This document shows, piece by piece, positions 20,501-64,000 of a DNA stretch of 64,000 bases. The notes beneath the pieces were generated by a model. The model saw only the letters and a list, made by a program, of their open reading frames with translations, did not search any database and was not told where the DNA came from. Within the stretch, counting starts at the first letter, position 1, and each line of letters opens with the position of its first letter. The DNA is from Octopus bimaculoides (lineage: Eukaryota). A program made the position numbers and the translations under genes. Location: contig NC_069000.1 in assembly GCF_001194135.2 (NCBI RefSeq), positions 17,688,476 through 17,752,475 of the forward strand, written 5' to 3'.

Positions 20501-23016
20501 ACAAATAAATCGTGCCATACATGCAAGCATTGGAACAATCAATCCATGCTACAATATCTACTGGAAAGGCATGAGCGTAACAAATTCACATCTCTTCAAA
20601 ATGAATGCGATAAAAGTATTGAGCAACAGGTAATTACCAATACAACAAAAAGAAAATAAAGTATGTTTACTGCTCAAGCAAAAGACCAAGTCAAAAAAGA
20701 AATTCTATCAAACTTTGTTTTTAAAAAATTTAATTTAAAACGCCAAATATCAAACAAACTCAACTAGCTTGTTTAGAAAGCAAGGTATTAAATCAGGTTA
20801 ATGGGCTGGAAATAAAACGTTCAAAAATGCTTTTAACAATAGGATGTGTAACAGTCTGCTAGTCTGAAGTAAAAATATAAACATTTACACTTCAATTGCT
20901 AGTGTTCTTATTTAGCCGCAGGTCAAGGGGTTTCTAAAATAGTTCACTTTGGATGACATTAAGTAATGTGACTTTATGGAAGACCGGTGGAGAGTGGTTT
21001 GGGGGAAATTTAGCTGCTATTTCTTACAGGTCAAATGACCGTAAAGAGACTCCCTCGTCGCTTCGACAAATAACTAATTAATCACTAGAGACATCAATTA
21101 TTTTACAAGTCATCTGTTTATAAATCTGTAAACTAGAACAATGACAACGTCCAACAGGTCGAAACAGCTATTAACAATGGACAGTGGTAAGGACTGAAGT
21201 CGAACCTAGAACAAAAGCTGTACATTCTGAAGATAGCGGAATTACATCGACCACAGAAGACTGAAGAGAACTAATACATCAACCGAACACGCCTGTATCA
21301 ATAACTTAAAATTTAGCACTTTATTTTTTTTTTTAGTTTATTTTATGCTTTTATCTTTTTCGACCTAGATTTGTCAATTGGTAAGGCCAACAAGCGATTA
21401 AAAAAAAACAACAACCGGAAAGAGGATAGATTTTATAATTTACAGAAAATAATACTTCTAATTGAATTACGGAAAAAAGATGCTGCAATGTCGACAGTTA
21501 TATTAAACGACGGTAATGCTTAAGACCAAATCCAAAATAAACATGTGATTCACAGTGAATATTATTTTTGCGATCATGAAATTTTACCTACAGGAATCAG
21601 TTTTAGAAACATACTTCAATAAATCTTGGATTATTTCAACTTACAAATATTTTGTATTAAGTATGTAAATAGAAAGGTATCAACTTGTGTGTGTAGAACA
21701 GCTAGAGACATAGTTCCAACATGGCGCTAATTCCTTAACCTTAAACAACAGACATCAAACAAAGCTCATGTACATTACACAACATACAGAGATAAGTGGC
21801 TGGGTTTATTTTTACAATTTATCTAGCATTCCGCTTAGTTATTGCAAAACGAGCTTAAAAATCGAGCAAATGAGGAGTAACAAGTGAAATTGCTCGCTGA
21901 CAACCTAACTCCACACACCAAACTCTGTTATCACCCACGTGTCTTCACAACACACAAACCAATTTTTCTCAAGCTACTTTCCTAAGAAACATTTTTTCAT
22001 CAACACGATATATTTCTGTCTAAATGAAATATGTGTTATGCTCGTATGTGGCTATAAAAAGAAAATATCAAACGTGGAATTTTTTTTTTTTTTAAATATG
22101 TATAGATAAAACAGTTGAAGAGAGAGGCCAGCTTGTCATTATTGGTATATGCAAAAAAAATTTCAAATGATTAAACACAAGAGGCCGATGAAAATCTGCG
22201 GTCGTTGAATAAACAACCACGTTCAAATACAAACATCAAAATGGGATACATGTTCGATTATATTTATTTAGACGAAAAATTTAAATTAGTCGTTTACAGT
22301 AGTATATCTATTCCGATCATAAAGTTTATCTAAGTGTTGTGCTTTGCACTGAGAAAACAAAATCGGTTATGTTAGACAAGTCTTGTAAAAGACAGCTAGA
22401 TACGGAAACATGAAGGAAAACAAGTTTAAATCAAGTTTAAACTATATAAATTTTGTGAAGGGATCAAGGTTACTTGGATACATGAAGTAATAAGATGATG
22501 TAGGGGGGGGGGTAGAGAAAGATTGGAACTTTATGCTTCTAATTTCAATTGTCAGCATACTGACAGAGAGAATATACGTGGAGGGGGAATACACGAAGTT
22601 TTGGAAAGGGTTACGAAAATTGCTAAGTCATTAGTTCGTATAGAATTATCTAATGGAATCAGAACATTTAGCTTTTCAACTGTCATAATAGACATCCAAG
22701 TAACATTACAATACATAAAGTGATCATTAGAGTAGAGAGAAATTGAGACAATACAGTAATTAAAATAGTGATGGAGCATGAATAAAGATATTTTCTAATC
22801 AAAGCAACTACAAAAGAGGTTTTAAAAACTATTAAACGTTTTCATACGTTTTGTTTTTTGTTTTTTATTTCTCGTTCCTCGTGTTAAGTATAAACAACAA
22901 AAAACGTTAGGCAAATAAAAATAAAATCGCTTAAAGATTTCATCGTTGATATAGTTAGAAAGTACTTTTTCTGTATGTATAATAATAAAATGAGTCACCT
23001 GAGCTGTTTTAGCCAT
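1927..23016 (-). CDS. USP10: Ubiquitin carboxyl-terminal hydrolase 10, 15 coding exons, 2799 nt including stop (932 aa)
   Basis: Join on minus: 23016-22999, 17014-16907, 16152-16119, 16033-14585, 13520-13429, 11234-11125, 11012-10972, 10830-10724, 8903-8795, 8237-8122, 7028-6903, 6120-6028, 4477-4333, 2975-2913, 2114-1927. All introns are GT-AG and phases match. Motifs: FGDF, KSWAGLF, Cys box [44 protein letters not shown], His box GGHYT, YDD. Confidence 0.95.
2433..2738 (-). mobile_element. Decayed tRNA-derived SINE sharing its 3' tail with the 58477/60453 family
   Basis: tRNA-like A/B-box head, gtgtctttgagcaagacac central segment, tail aattcaaagggtcag...gagtactcggc. Confidence 0.65.
2913..2975 (-). 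CDS. USP10: USP10 exon 14
   Basis: [21 protein letters not shown]; ctgttttag / GTAAAT; phase 1-1. Confidence 0.93.
3790..4028 (+). pseudogene. Tc1/mariner-superfamily transposase fragment (maT/DD37D-like), frameshifted
   Basis: Across frames: [66 protein letters not shown], the region around the second catalytic Asp. Confidence 0.8.
4333..4477 (-). CDS. USP10: USP10 exon 13
   Basis: [48 protein letters not shown]; tttttcag / GTAATA. Confidence 0.95.
6028..6120 (-). CDS. USP10: USP10 exon 12
   Basis: [31 protein letters not shown]; ttttgaag / GTAGGC. Confidence 0.94.
6903..7028 (-). CDS. USP10: USP10 exon 11
   Basis: [42 protein letters not shown]; ttgtgtag / GTAAAT. Confidence 0.96.
8122..8237 (-). 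CDS. USP10: USP10 exon 10
   Basis: [39 protein letters not shown]; aaattcag / GTATGA. Confidence 0.94.
8795..8903 (-). CDS. USP10: USP10 exon 9
   Basis: [36 protein letters not shown]; ttttttag / GTAATT. Confidence 0.95.
9070..9404. mobile_element. hAT-type MITE
   Basis: Perfect 15-bp TIR CAGTGGTTCCCAAAC; 8-bp TSD ATCTATGC (9062-9069 / 9405-9412). Confidence 0.92.
9844..10405 (+). mobile_element. piggyBac-type MITE (TTAA-CCCTTTAGCATT ends) interrupted by a SINE
   Basis: Same family as 37940, 56634 and 61462; right end ctgaatgctaa resumes after the SINE. Confidence 0.75.
10015..10379 (+). mobile_element. tRNA-derived SINE with internal (GT)n
   Basis: A-box-like tagctgtgtggtaag, B-box-like gggttcagtccc; TSD AGTAAATA (10007-10014 / 10380-10387); related copies near 17510, 18400, 20114, 36465. 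Confidence 0.85.
10724..10830 (-). CDS. USP10: USP10 exon 8
   Basis: [35 protein letters not shown]; tatcttcag / GTGAAT. Confidence 0.92.
10972..11012 (-). CDS. USP10: USP10 exon 7 (41 nt)
   Basis: [13 protein letters not shown]; tttttcag / GTAAAT; phase 2-1 bridges exons 6 and 8. Confidence 0.9.
11125..11234 (-). CDS. USP10: USP10 exon 6
   Basis: [36 protein letters not shown]; preceded by a U12-type acceptor; donor GTAAGT. Confidence 0.95.
11323..11798. mobile_element. Palindromic (fold-back) element with tRNA-like centre and hammerhead-like motifs in the arms
   Basis: Arms of about 170 bp are reverse complements (ttatttacatt.../...aaatgtaaataa), flanking (TTA)n/(AAC)n and tRNA-like heads; second copy at 63257-63638. 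Confidence 0.8.
11972..12436 (-). mobile_element. Two tandem copies of a SINE with the gtcgactttgcctttcatcctttcggggtcgataaaataagtacc core (Nin-domain-like)
   Basis: Copies at 11972-12190 and 12218-12436; further copies near 26355, 28735, 62379. Confidence 0.75.
12609..12853 (-). mobile_element. RTE-type LINE 3' tail fragment
   Basis: ggatgcccttcttaacgccaacc motif and (CAT)n end; copies at 14226, 27360, 56905, 59762, 61150, 63101. Confidence 0.7.
12904..13123. mobile_element. hAT-type MITE
   Basis: TIR CAGTGGCTCTCAAC / GTTGAGAACCACTG (one mismatch); 8-bp TSD CTTTATAT (12896-12903 / 13124-13131). Confidence 0.9.
13429..13520 (-). CDS. USP10: USP10 exon 5: catalytic Cys box
   Basis: [30 protein letters not shown]; acceptor ttacttatag; donor GTATCCTTT. 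Confidence 0.96.
14585..16033 (-). CDS. USP10: USP10 exon 4 (1449 nt): Pro/Ser-rich low-complexity N-terminal region
   Basis: Lies within ORF 14553..16109; acceptor tctttttacag, donor GTAAGT; contains KSWAGLF and [14 protein letters not shown], typical of USP10 just before the catalytic domain. Confidence 0.93.
16119..16152 (-). CDS. USP10: USP10 exon 3 (34 nt)
   Basis: [11 protein letters not shown]; ctatttcag / GTAAGT; followed by an 85-nt intron; phase 0-1. Confidence 0.85.
16907..17014 (-). CDS. USP10: USP10 exon 2: FGDF (G3BP-binding) motif
   Basis: [36 protein letters not shown]; tattttcag / GTGAGT. Confidence 0.92.
18400..18545 (+). mobile_element. SINE copy (10015 family), 5' half
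   Basis: tgtgtggtaagaagcttgct...gggcaagtgtcttctatagcc...ggaaactgaaagaagcc. Confidence 0.75.
20114..20365 (+). mobile_element. SINE copy (10015 family), 3' half next to an N-gap
   Basis: gtaagtggatttggg...gcatgaccgcagtccaatgactg; retains many CpGs. Confidence 0.7.
22999..23016 (-). CDS. USP10: USP10 probable coding exon 1 (MAKTAQ)
   Basis: aaacATG GCT AAA ACA GCT CAG|GTGACT; phase 0 fits exon 2; parallels the short vertebrate first exon MALHSPQ; promoter motifs about 370 nt upstream. Confidence 0.7.
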
Positions 23017-23381
23017 GTTTATAAGCTGAGTTAAGACCAATCCATTGCCATCAGACTTCACACTGAGACTATCATGTCCGACATTATGATAAGGAAAGTA
23101 CAGAATTCCATCAACACGCATGCTCACCAAGGGATATAACTCCATCAAGCCGACTTGCCGGGGCTCCAAAACGCAAAGTTGGGGGAGGAGACCGGCAACA
23201 ATTATTTTCAAGGTGTTTGGTGATGGAACCGAAAGTAATGATGACACAAGATTAAAATAAAATTAAAAAATACTAACTCAATTAGACCACACTCAAACAC
23301 AACAAAATATTTACTGCACCCCAAATTGGTATTTAGGTGCCGTCGAGAAGGGAGTACAGAATTTTTTTAAAATAGTCACAA

Positions 23382-23489
23382 ATTGGCTCTCCAAGATTTT
23401 TCACGTGACTCTCAATGGCGTTTTTATATTCCTCGGCCATCCATCTATTTAGCATATGAAAAATTATATACTATATAAATAGACACGTG
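23382..23489. promoter_or_regulatory. USP10 promoter-like motif cluster
   Basis: CCAAT (minus, 23382-23386), TCACGTGA E-box (23401-23408), AATGGCG YY1-like motif (23414-23420), second CACGTG (23484-23489); locally CpG-rich. Confidence 0.5.
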
Positions 23490-24297
23490 AGGTCGTTGAA
23501 CTGGGTAGTTTATTTACATCTTATCGTTTACTCGTGTCACTTCTCACTGCTGTGTTTATATTTCAAGGGAGAAATAACCCTTAGATTATTTGACACTTAA
23601 CTCAGATTTACGAGGGAGCTAAATGCACTTGATAAGGAGTTTCCTAACAGATTTAGATTTACATCTCAAAACAAATAATATAACTTAGACATTTAAATAG
23701 CATTGATTTTTATAATGGAAAACAAGCATTTAATTAGGCGTATAAACATATCCCGTTTACATTGTCTTAAATCGCTAAAAGAAAAAAAGTCTGTTATAGA
23801 TTTAGAATTATTTTAAAACTGACTATTGCAGATCTTTGTAGTCGGCCGCCAGAGTAAACTACCACCAGATCTTTGAGTACCATTAGCGATGTTCACGAAC
23901 TCGTCTTCCCTCGTGTTCAGCCCCCTCAATCTCACCAGTCTGGAAAAGCCTAAAAACGTTCATGGACAAAGACCCATATGAAAGCCCTGAAAACCAGTCA
24001 TCAGGGAACAGGCTCAATGACTTCACTTGATGAGTTCATGGAACAGATTGAGACATAGATCACACAACCCATAGTTAGAGCGAGATTTCCAAATCCTATG
24101 TCAAGGTAGGCAGTGACAGTTGGGATGCTGTTGTCTGAAGCTAAATACTGACTGAAGTAGATTCCACAGATTCATAGGATAAAATGCATGAATAGCAACT
24201 GAGACCTTTGGAAATATGCTGTGCTTGAGAAGACCTGGCTAGCCAGGTGAGACCATAACCTGTGGCCTATGCTAGTGGTGTAACCAGCCCACTTAGG

Positions 24298-24438
24298 CAA
24301 ACCCCTTCAGGTAGATGGCCCTGTTTGATCTGTAGAAAAAGCATAGGTAGAAACTCTATAAGATGTACCCAGTGTAAGCTATGGACACATAAGAGGTGCA
24401 GCAATATCAAAGGAAGGCTAACTAGGAAGATTTTTCAG
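24298..24438 (+). pseudogene. RTE LINE fragment encoding a PHD-type zinc finger
   Basis: SGRWPCLICRKSIGRNSIRCTQCKLWTHKRCS; paralogous to 26600-26737. Confidence 0.75.
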
Positions 24439-25919
24439 TTATTAACGCAGTGCATATGCTACTCTAAATTAATAGAGTTAGTGTATGATATCTTCATTGT
24501 GTGTCTATTAAAAAAGTATGGTATCTATTTGATTTTGGGAGACATTTGTCTAATGTAGCAAAAAATTCCCTAGTGATCTTCCTTGAAACATGTGAATCAT
24601 GGATTGTGTTGTACCAGAGGACATCATGGTTCTTATATTTGTTGCTTGGCTTATTTGTTCAGGTGTGTTGTTCAAGGTTGGGACAATTCATTTAATTATA
24701 AGCAGTAGTATGATTGTGTTGTGCATGTCAATGAGTTTTAGTTTGTAGTTTGTTGCCTTGACTAATTCTTTTTCAACTGTATTTTCAATCTGAGTGTGTT
24801 CGCTTACTGTAACATAGTGTTGATATGTCAGGTGTAATTATTAGTGGAGGAATTGGCAGAGTTGTGTATATCGGTGTCTTGTTTTTTTGTTTTTTTTCTC
24901 ATGGTATCCAGGCCTAGCTACATATATATGAAATGGTATCGAAAAGTTCCCAGACTAATTCTATAACACGCCAACAAATGGCAACATATGGTTGCATGCA
25001 CAGTGAGAGCTAACAGTGACCTTCATGAGGCAGTGTGCAAAAACTTTATTGGAAAAATTCATCTAAAAAGTCTGATAGGCCACCAATAAATGCAACAAAT
25101 TGATACGAAACTGCATGTTGTCACTAATGTTGGTCTTTTTTCAGTGTCTAAAAAAAATATTAAATGAGTCTTGTCAAATAAAATTGGGTAATAAACCCAA
25201 ATGTTTTCAGCACCTCACATAACTGACAATATAGTGCATCAACAAAGGTGTTTCTCCATAGCCATATGATTTACTAGAAATAGCAGTGAAATATCCTTCA
25301 AATTACATGCTACTGTTTTTATAAAACAAAAGATACTCTGAATAAAGTAGTTCCCAATACACTTCATCTGAAAAAAAACAAAAAAAAAACAGGCTGTTCA
25401 TAGCTAGAACAATTTTCATCATAGGTCTGCTCAATCAGGCATTATAAGCCACAAAATACTACCATCATTGCTGCTGCCACCACCACCATGCTTGAATGGG
25501 TTGGACATAAATAGAGTATATAAATATATTTTAAACATTAAATATGATTTCCCTTATCTGACTATACATTTAACATACTGTATGACATTCCAAATAATCA
25601 TATTTTGTTAACAACCCCTCAAGCAAAGGTAAAAAGCTATTGCTTCTAGTTCTTGAAATATAACTAATATTGCATTTAAATATTGTTTTGAAAAAGGTGA
25701 TGGACTGGCAAAATAATAGAACACTAAATAAAACAGCTTGCAGCATTTATTCACAGCTGTTTAAGTTGTGAGTTCAAATCCCTAAGAAGTTACCTTTGTC
25801 ATTCCACCTTCCAGAGTCAGTTGAGTAGTGGGGTTGGTGAAATTAGATGTAGCCATCCCCTAAATTGGAGAGCTTGTGCCTTTATTTGAATTTAATAATC
25901 AGCAGAGCATCCGTCCATT

Positions 25920-26170
25920 TTCTCTGTCTACTATTCCTGGGAGAGTTGTGGAGGTAGAGTCCTCAGGCACCACCTCCACAGGGTCCTACCAGAAGCAACC
26001 ATCATTAGACTTTATGGCTGGATTACCAAGCATGACCAACAGAGATTATGGATATAATCCAACCATTTCATTCTTGGTCTACCCCTAGGTCTCCAGCCAA
26101 TTAGCTCAGCTTGAAAACTCCCCCTTGCAATTCTTTCCTGTGACATTCTTATCAACAGAGCATTGGACAA
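25920..26170 (-). pseudogene. RTE-clade ORF2 C-terminal fragment (different subfamily)
   Basis: QERIARGSFQAELIGWRPRGRPRMKWLDYIHNLCWSCLVIQP; RPRGRPR..W motif typical of RTE C-termini. Confidence 0.65.
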
Positions 26171-26560
26171 AAATAATTTGCAGTATATAGTCACAACTTC
26201 CTTTATGTTTTGCATATAATCACAACTTCCTTCATGTTTTGCTGGAGTTGATCTCATAATTAATTCCTCCAGAGATTAGTAAAAGAGAGCACCTGCATCA
26301 TACTGGAGTTGATAATATAATCAACTGCATTGTCTCACCCAATTTTTGAGGTTGTATTGGTTTCAAATTTTTGGCACAAGGCCAGCAAGTTCGAAGGAGT
26401 GGGGAGTCGATTAATCAACACCAGTGCTCAACTGGTACTTATGCTATTGACCCTGAAATGGATGAAACGCAGAGCTAGATGAAAAATTCCAGGTGTGGAA
26501 GCAAAACCTGGAATCTGTGGGCCTTAAGGTTAATTTAGCAAGGACTAAGGACAAGGACTA

Positions 26561-27657
26561 AGCAAGAAAACTGACCGGACCCTGCCTGCTTCAGGTAGAT
26601 GGCTCTGTTCAATTTGTGGGAAAGGTGTAGGCAGGAACTCCATACAGTGCACCCAGTGCAAGCTATGGACATACAAAAGGTGCAGTGGGTTAATTGGAAG
26701 GCTATCAGAGAAGACAGTTTTCATTTGTGGAAGATGCACAGGATCCATTAAAACGACTTGGGAAATTGATTCTCTCAAATACTCTGGTGGCTCATTAGAG
26801 GTAGTAGATAATTTCTGCTACCTAGGAGACCAAATTAGTAGTGGAAGAGGATACAAGGAGAGTGTGATAACTAGAATAAGAATAGGATGGAAGAAATTCA
26901 GGGAGCTGTTAACTCTGTTGGCCACAAAAGTTTTCTCTCTTCGAGTGAAAGGAAGATTGTATGATGTATGTATATGGACAGCAATTCAACATGGTAGTGA
27001 GATGTAGGCCTTGAATGCAGAGGACATGTGAAGGTTAGAAAGGAATAAAGCTAGTGTGCTCTGCTAGATGTGTAATGTAAGTGTACATGTTCAACAGAGT
27101 GCCAGTTTTCTGAGAGAGAAGTTAGGCATAAGAGGAATTGGTTGTTGGGTACAAGAGAGAAGACTGTGCTGGTTTGGTCATGTGATGTGGATGGATGCTG
27201 ACAGCTCCACAAAGAAGTGCTGATCTCTCAAAGTGGATGGAACACGTGGAAGTGGGAGACACAGGAAGACATGGGATGAAGTACTGAAGAACGATCTCAA
27301 GAAGCTGAAACTTTCAGGCAAGATGACAAAGGACTGAGATCTCTGGTCCCTAGCTTTACTCAAGAAGATTTATACTCCACTGCAGAAGTGTTGAGATCGA
27401 TTCTTTGGTGGTGTAAAACACTCATGGCAGTGTCATGTAAAAGCGCCCGTGCAGTGCCACGTAAAAGTGTCCATGCAGTGCTACGTAAAAGTGCCTGTGC
27501 AGTCTCACATAAAAATGCCCGTGGGCGCCACATAAAAGCGCCCGTGTGGTGCCACATAAAAGCACCAAGCACACTCTGTAAAGTGGTTGGCATTAGGAAG
27601 GGCATCCAGCTGTAGAAATCCTGCCAAATCAGATTGGAGTCTGATGCAGCCCTCACC
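26561..27657 (+). mobile_element. 5'-truncated RTE-clade LINE: PHD finger, post-RT C-terminal domain, 3' UTR; several in-frame stops
   Basis: CSIC..CTQC.WTYKRC..CGRC, LEVVDNFCYLGDQI, RIRIGWKKFREL, RRLCWFGHV, GRHRKTWDEV; 3' UTR matches the dispersed tail family. Confidence 0.88.
27429..27565 (+). repeat. About six tandem copies of a ~24-bp unit (gtgccacgtaaaagcgcccgtgc-like) in the RTE 3' UTR
   Basis: Head-to-tail degenerate units with no spacers. Confidence 0.8.
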
Positions 27658-27796
27658 CAGGGCAGTCGCTGGGGCACCATGTACTAGGGGGCACCAAGGA
27701 GGGCATGACAAAGACAAAGAAATTTCCACGACCGTCAACTTGTACACGCCGAAATTCTGCTAGTCAGGGGCACCAGCAACCCTAGGGCCAACCCTG
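27658..27796. mobile_element. Short decayed hAT-type MITE inserted in the RTE tail
   Basis: Ends cagggcagtcgctgg / ctagggccaaccctg; near-perfect 8-bp TSD ccctcacc / cccccacc. Confidence 0.55.
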
Positions 27797-29596
27797 CCCC
27801 CACCCGTCCTGCTAACTGTGGTCACACTGTCCAACCAATTATGATGCTCTCACACACACACATTTATGAAGACCAAACCATGTATGTGCAAGATACAAGT
27901 AGGTATACATGAACTGCACACTACTTGCAAGTAAATCTGTAGGATGGTACAAGTGAGTCTGGAGAAAATCCTGTGTTTGCAACCTGCCAAAGATGTGCAA
28001 ACTGCAATGTAATAGCTTTGTAATCTGTAATGGCTGTTGTTGCTAAATCATCAACAAAGTCATAGAACGCTGTATTTATCCATGAGTAGTATTCACATCT
28101 TTGTGTTTATTAGTTACATTCAATTTTTCTGTGTATTATTTTCTTAGTCTCATACCACGTGTACTATTTATAGTGGACGATAGCTTTGTAAAGCTGCAGT
28201 GATTTATCAACCAGCAGAGATTATGAATAAACCCATTTTTAAATGTTATGATATAGTTTTATTTATCATGAACTGAATTTGTAGTTCTCTATACTTCATT
28301 CCCAGAACGTCAAACGTCAACTCATTGGCATTCTCTTTTCATGACTGTTTTTTTTTTTCCTTTGCAGATGTCGACTTTTGAATGTTCAAATTGAGCACCG
28401 ACATATAGATATCGCCAGCAATGAAGTTCCGGCGAATGTCATGGCCATTGTCCCTAGTTCAGCAAAAGAAAAAAAAAATTAATGACGTGCACAGAATTAA
28501 ATTCAGTATTTCTTCATGTTGGTGAAATGCCATAGATTAATATATGCTATATGCAGTGTATAAAATGGCTACATTTTTGTGAGACAAAAATAACCATTTT
28601 TTTTAATAAAGACGCGCTTAAATGTAAAGGACAAACATGTGAATCTTTCAAAAGTAACAACATTTTTGTTCGTTGCCAATGATCCAAACATTAAAAAAAA
28701 ATCTCTTTATTGTTAATAGGTCTCCTTTGTGGGGATGATGGATTGGCAAAAACGGTAGAACTCTGAACAGAATGCATTGTATTTAGTTACGGTTTTTACG
28801 TTCTGATTCCTAAATCCCACCAGAGTTGACTTTATCTTTCACCCGACAGAGTGTCACTAAAATAAAGTACTCCATCTAATACTGGAGCCAATAGAATCGA
28901 CAATTCTCTTCCCACAAATCTGAGGGTTGTTAGAAGTAATTTGCCTTTGTAATAAAACTTTCGTTTTTATTACATTGACTTTTATTTCAAAATATTCTAA
29001 GTTCGTGGTAGAACGGCACATCTATGCAAAGATACTTTGTAAAGTAAATAAACGATTCAACTGTTTCACATAGAAAGCCAGACAAAGTTGATAAAAGTTT
29101 CAAAATGCTAGGTGATGGCATATTTGATATCGTGACCTGCTTAATCCCTTAAATGTGTTAACACTAACTTAACTATTACTTTTCATGTGGATGGCGTGTC
29201 CGAGTAATAAATCTCGGTGAGGATTTATTTCTCATGTTCTCCACCCTAAGTACTTTCATCGTATATACTGCCTGAGATTAATATTAATTTCATTAATTCA
29301 CTGATAGTCAATGGTAACGATAAATCGTATCCCCATGAAAGTAGCATAAAAAAAAGCTATAAATAAAACACTGAACACTCCCTGTTAGGGTTGTGTGTAA
29401 AATTAGAAACAAAGGGTTTTATGTTAAGCAAGATAACTACATATATTTACTTCATAAAAATCCTTGCTTTTTTTATGAGCTTAAAATCATTTTAAATGTT
29501 TTCGTGTATTTTTTAGCTAATTTTAAAATTCTCTTAAAATAGAAGGAATTATATCTGAAAAATATTCCGCATTTTCGTAACAAGTAACATCGCAGT

Positions 29597-29660
29597 ATGG
29601 CGTCGCGGCCAACACACGTGGCTTGATACCTTCTCATTTATTTCTCTCATCGTGAAACAT
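29597..29660 (+). promoter_or_regulatory. NSUN2 promoter / 5' UTR motif cluster
   Basis: ATGGCG YY1-like motif at 29597, CACGTG at 29615-29620, then a pyrimidine-rich tract; about 100 nt upstream of the ATG; CpG-rich. Confidence 0.5.
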
Positions 29661-29716
29661 TTCATTTGATTTCCCCACTTCATTTCCCGCACATTTTATC
29701 CTTCATCAAGTTTGAG

Positions 29717-63998
<34,282 letters not shown>

Positions 63999-64000
63999 CT

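Noticed and set aside
21645-21722. Alternative USP10 first coding exon (gcgccATG ... GTAAGT)
   Set aside because: One AUG meets TAG after six codons and the other is out of phase with exon 2; it could still be a non-coding or YY1-motif element
27429-27565. CRISPR-like array
   Set aside because: No spacers, degenerate units, inside a LINE 3' UTR, eukaryotic context
27860-28050. Cys-rich coding-like stretch
   Set aside because: Stops in all frames and no motif I can identify

Overview
AT-rich animal genomic DNA with six N-gaps and dense microsatellites. The repeat families look like those of Octopus (coleoid cephalopod); this is recognition, not a database result. Three protein-coding genes can be built by hand with consistent splice phases. 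(1) USP10 on the minus strand: 15 coding exons, about 932 aa, with one U12-type (minor) intron right after the catalytic Cys exon. (2) The first five coding exons of NSUN2 on the plus strand, divergent from USP10; the gene runs off the window. (3) A full-length midasin (MDN1, 5454 aa) encoded by one uninterrupted 16,365-bp ORF. The main result is that this intronless MDN1 lies on the same strand inside the 29.7-kb first intron of NSUN2, with its own splice acceptors and poly(A) signal. Non-coding DNA carries tRNA-derived SINEs, RTE LINE fragments (one with a PHD finger), hAT and piggyBac-type MITEs, a Tc1/mariner fragment, and a palindromic element with two back-to-back tRNA-like heads and hammerhead-like motifs. 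No CRISPR array, rRNA or true tRNA gene is supported.
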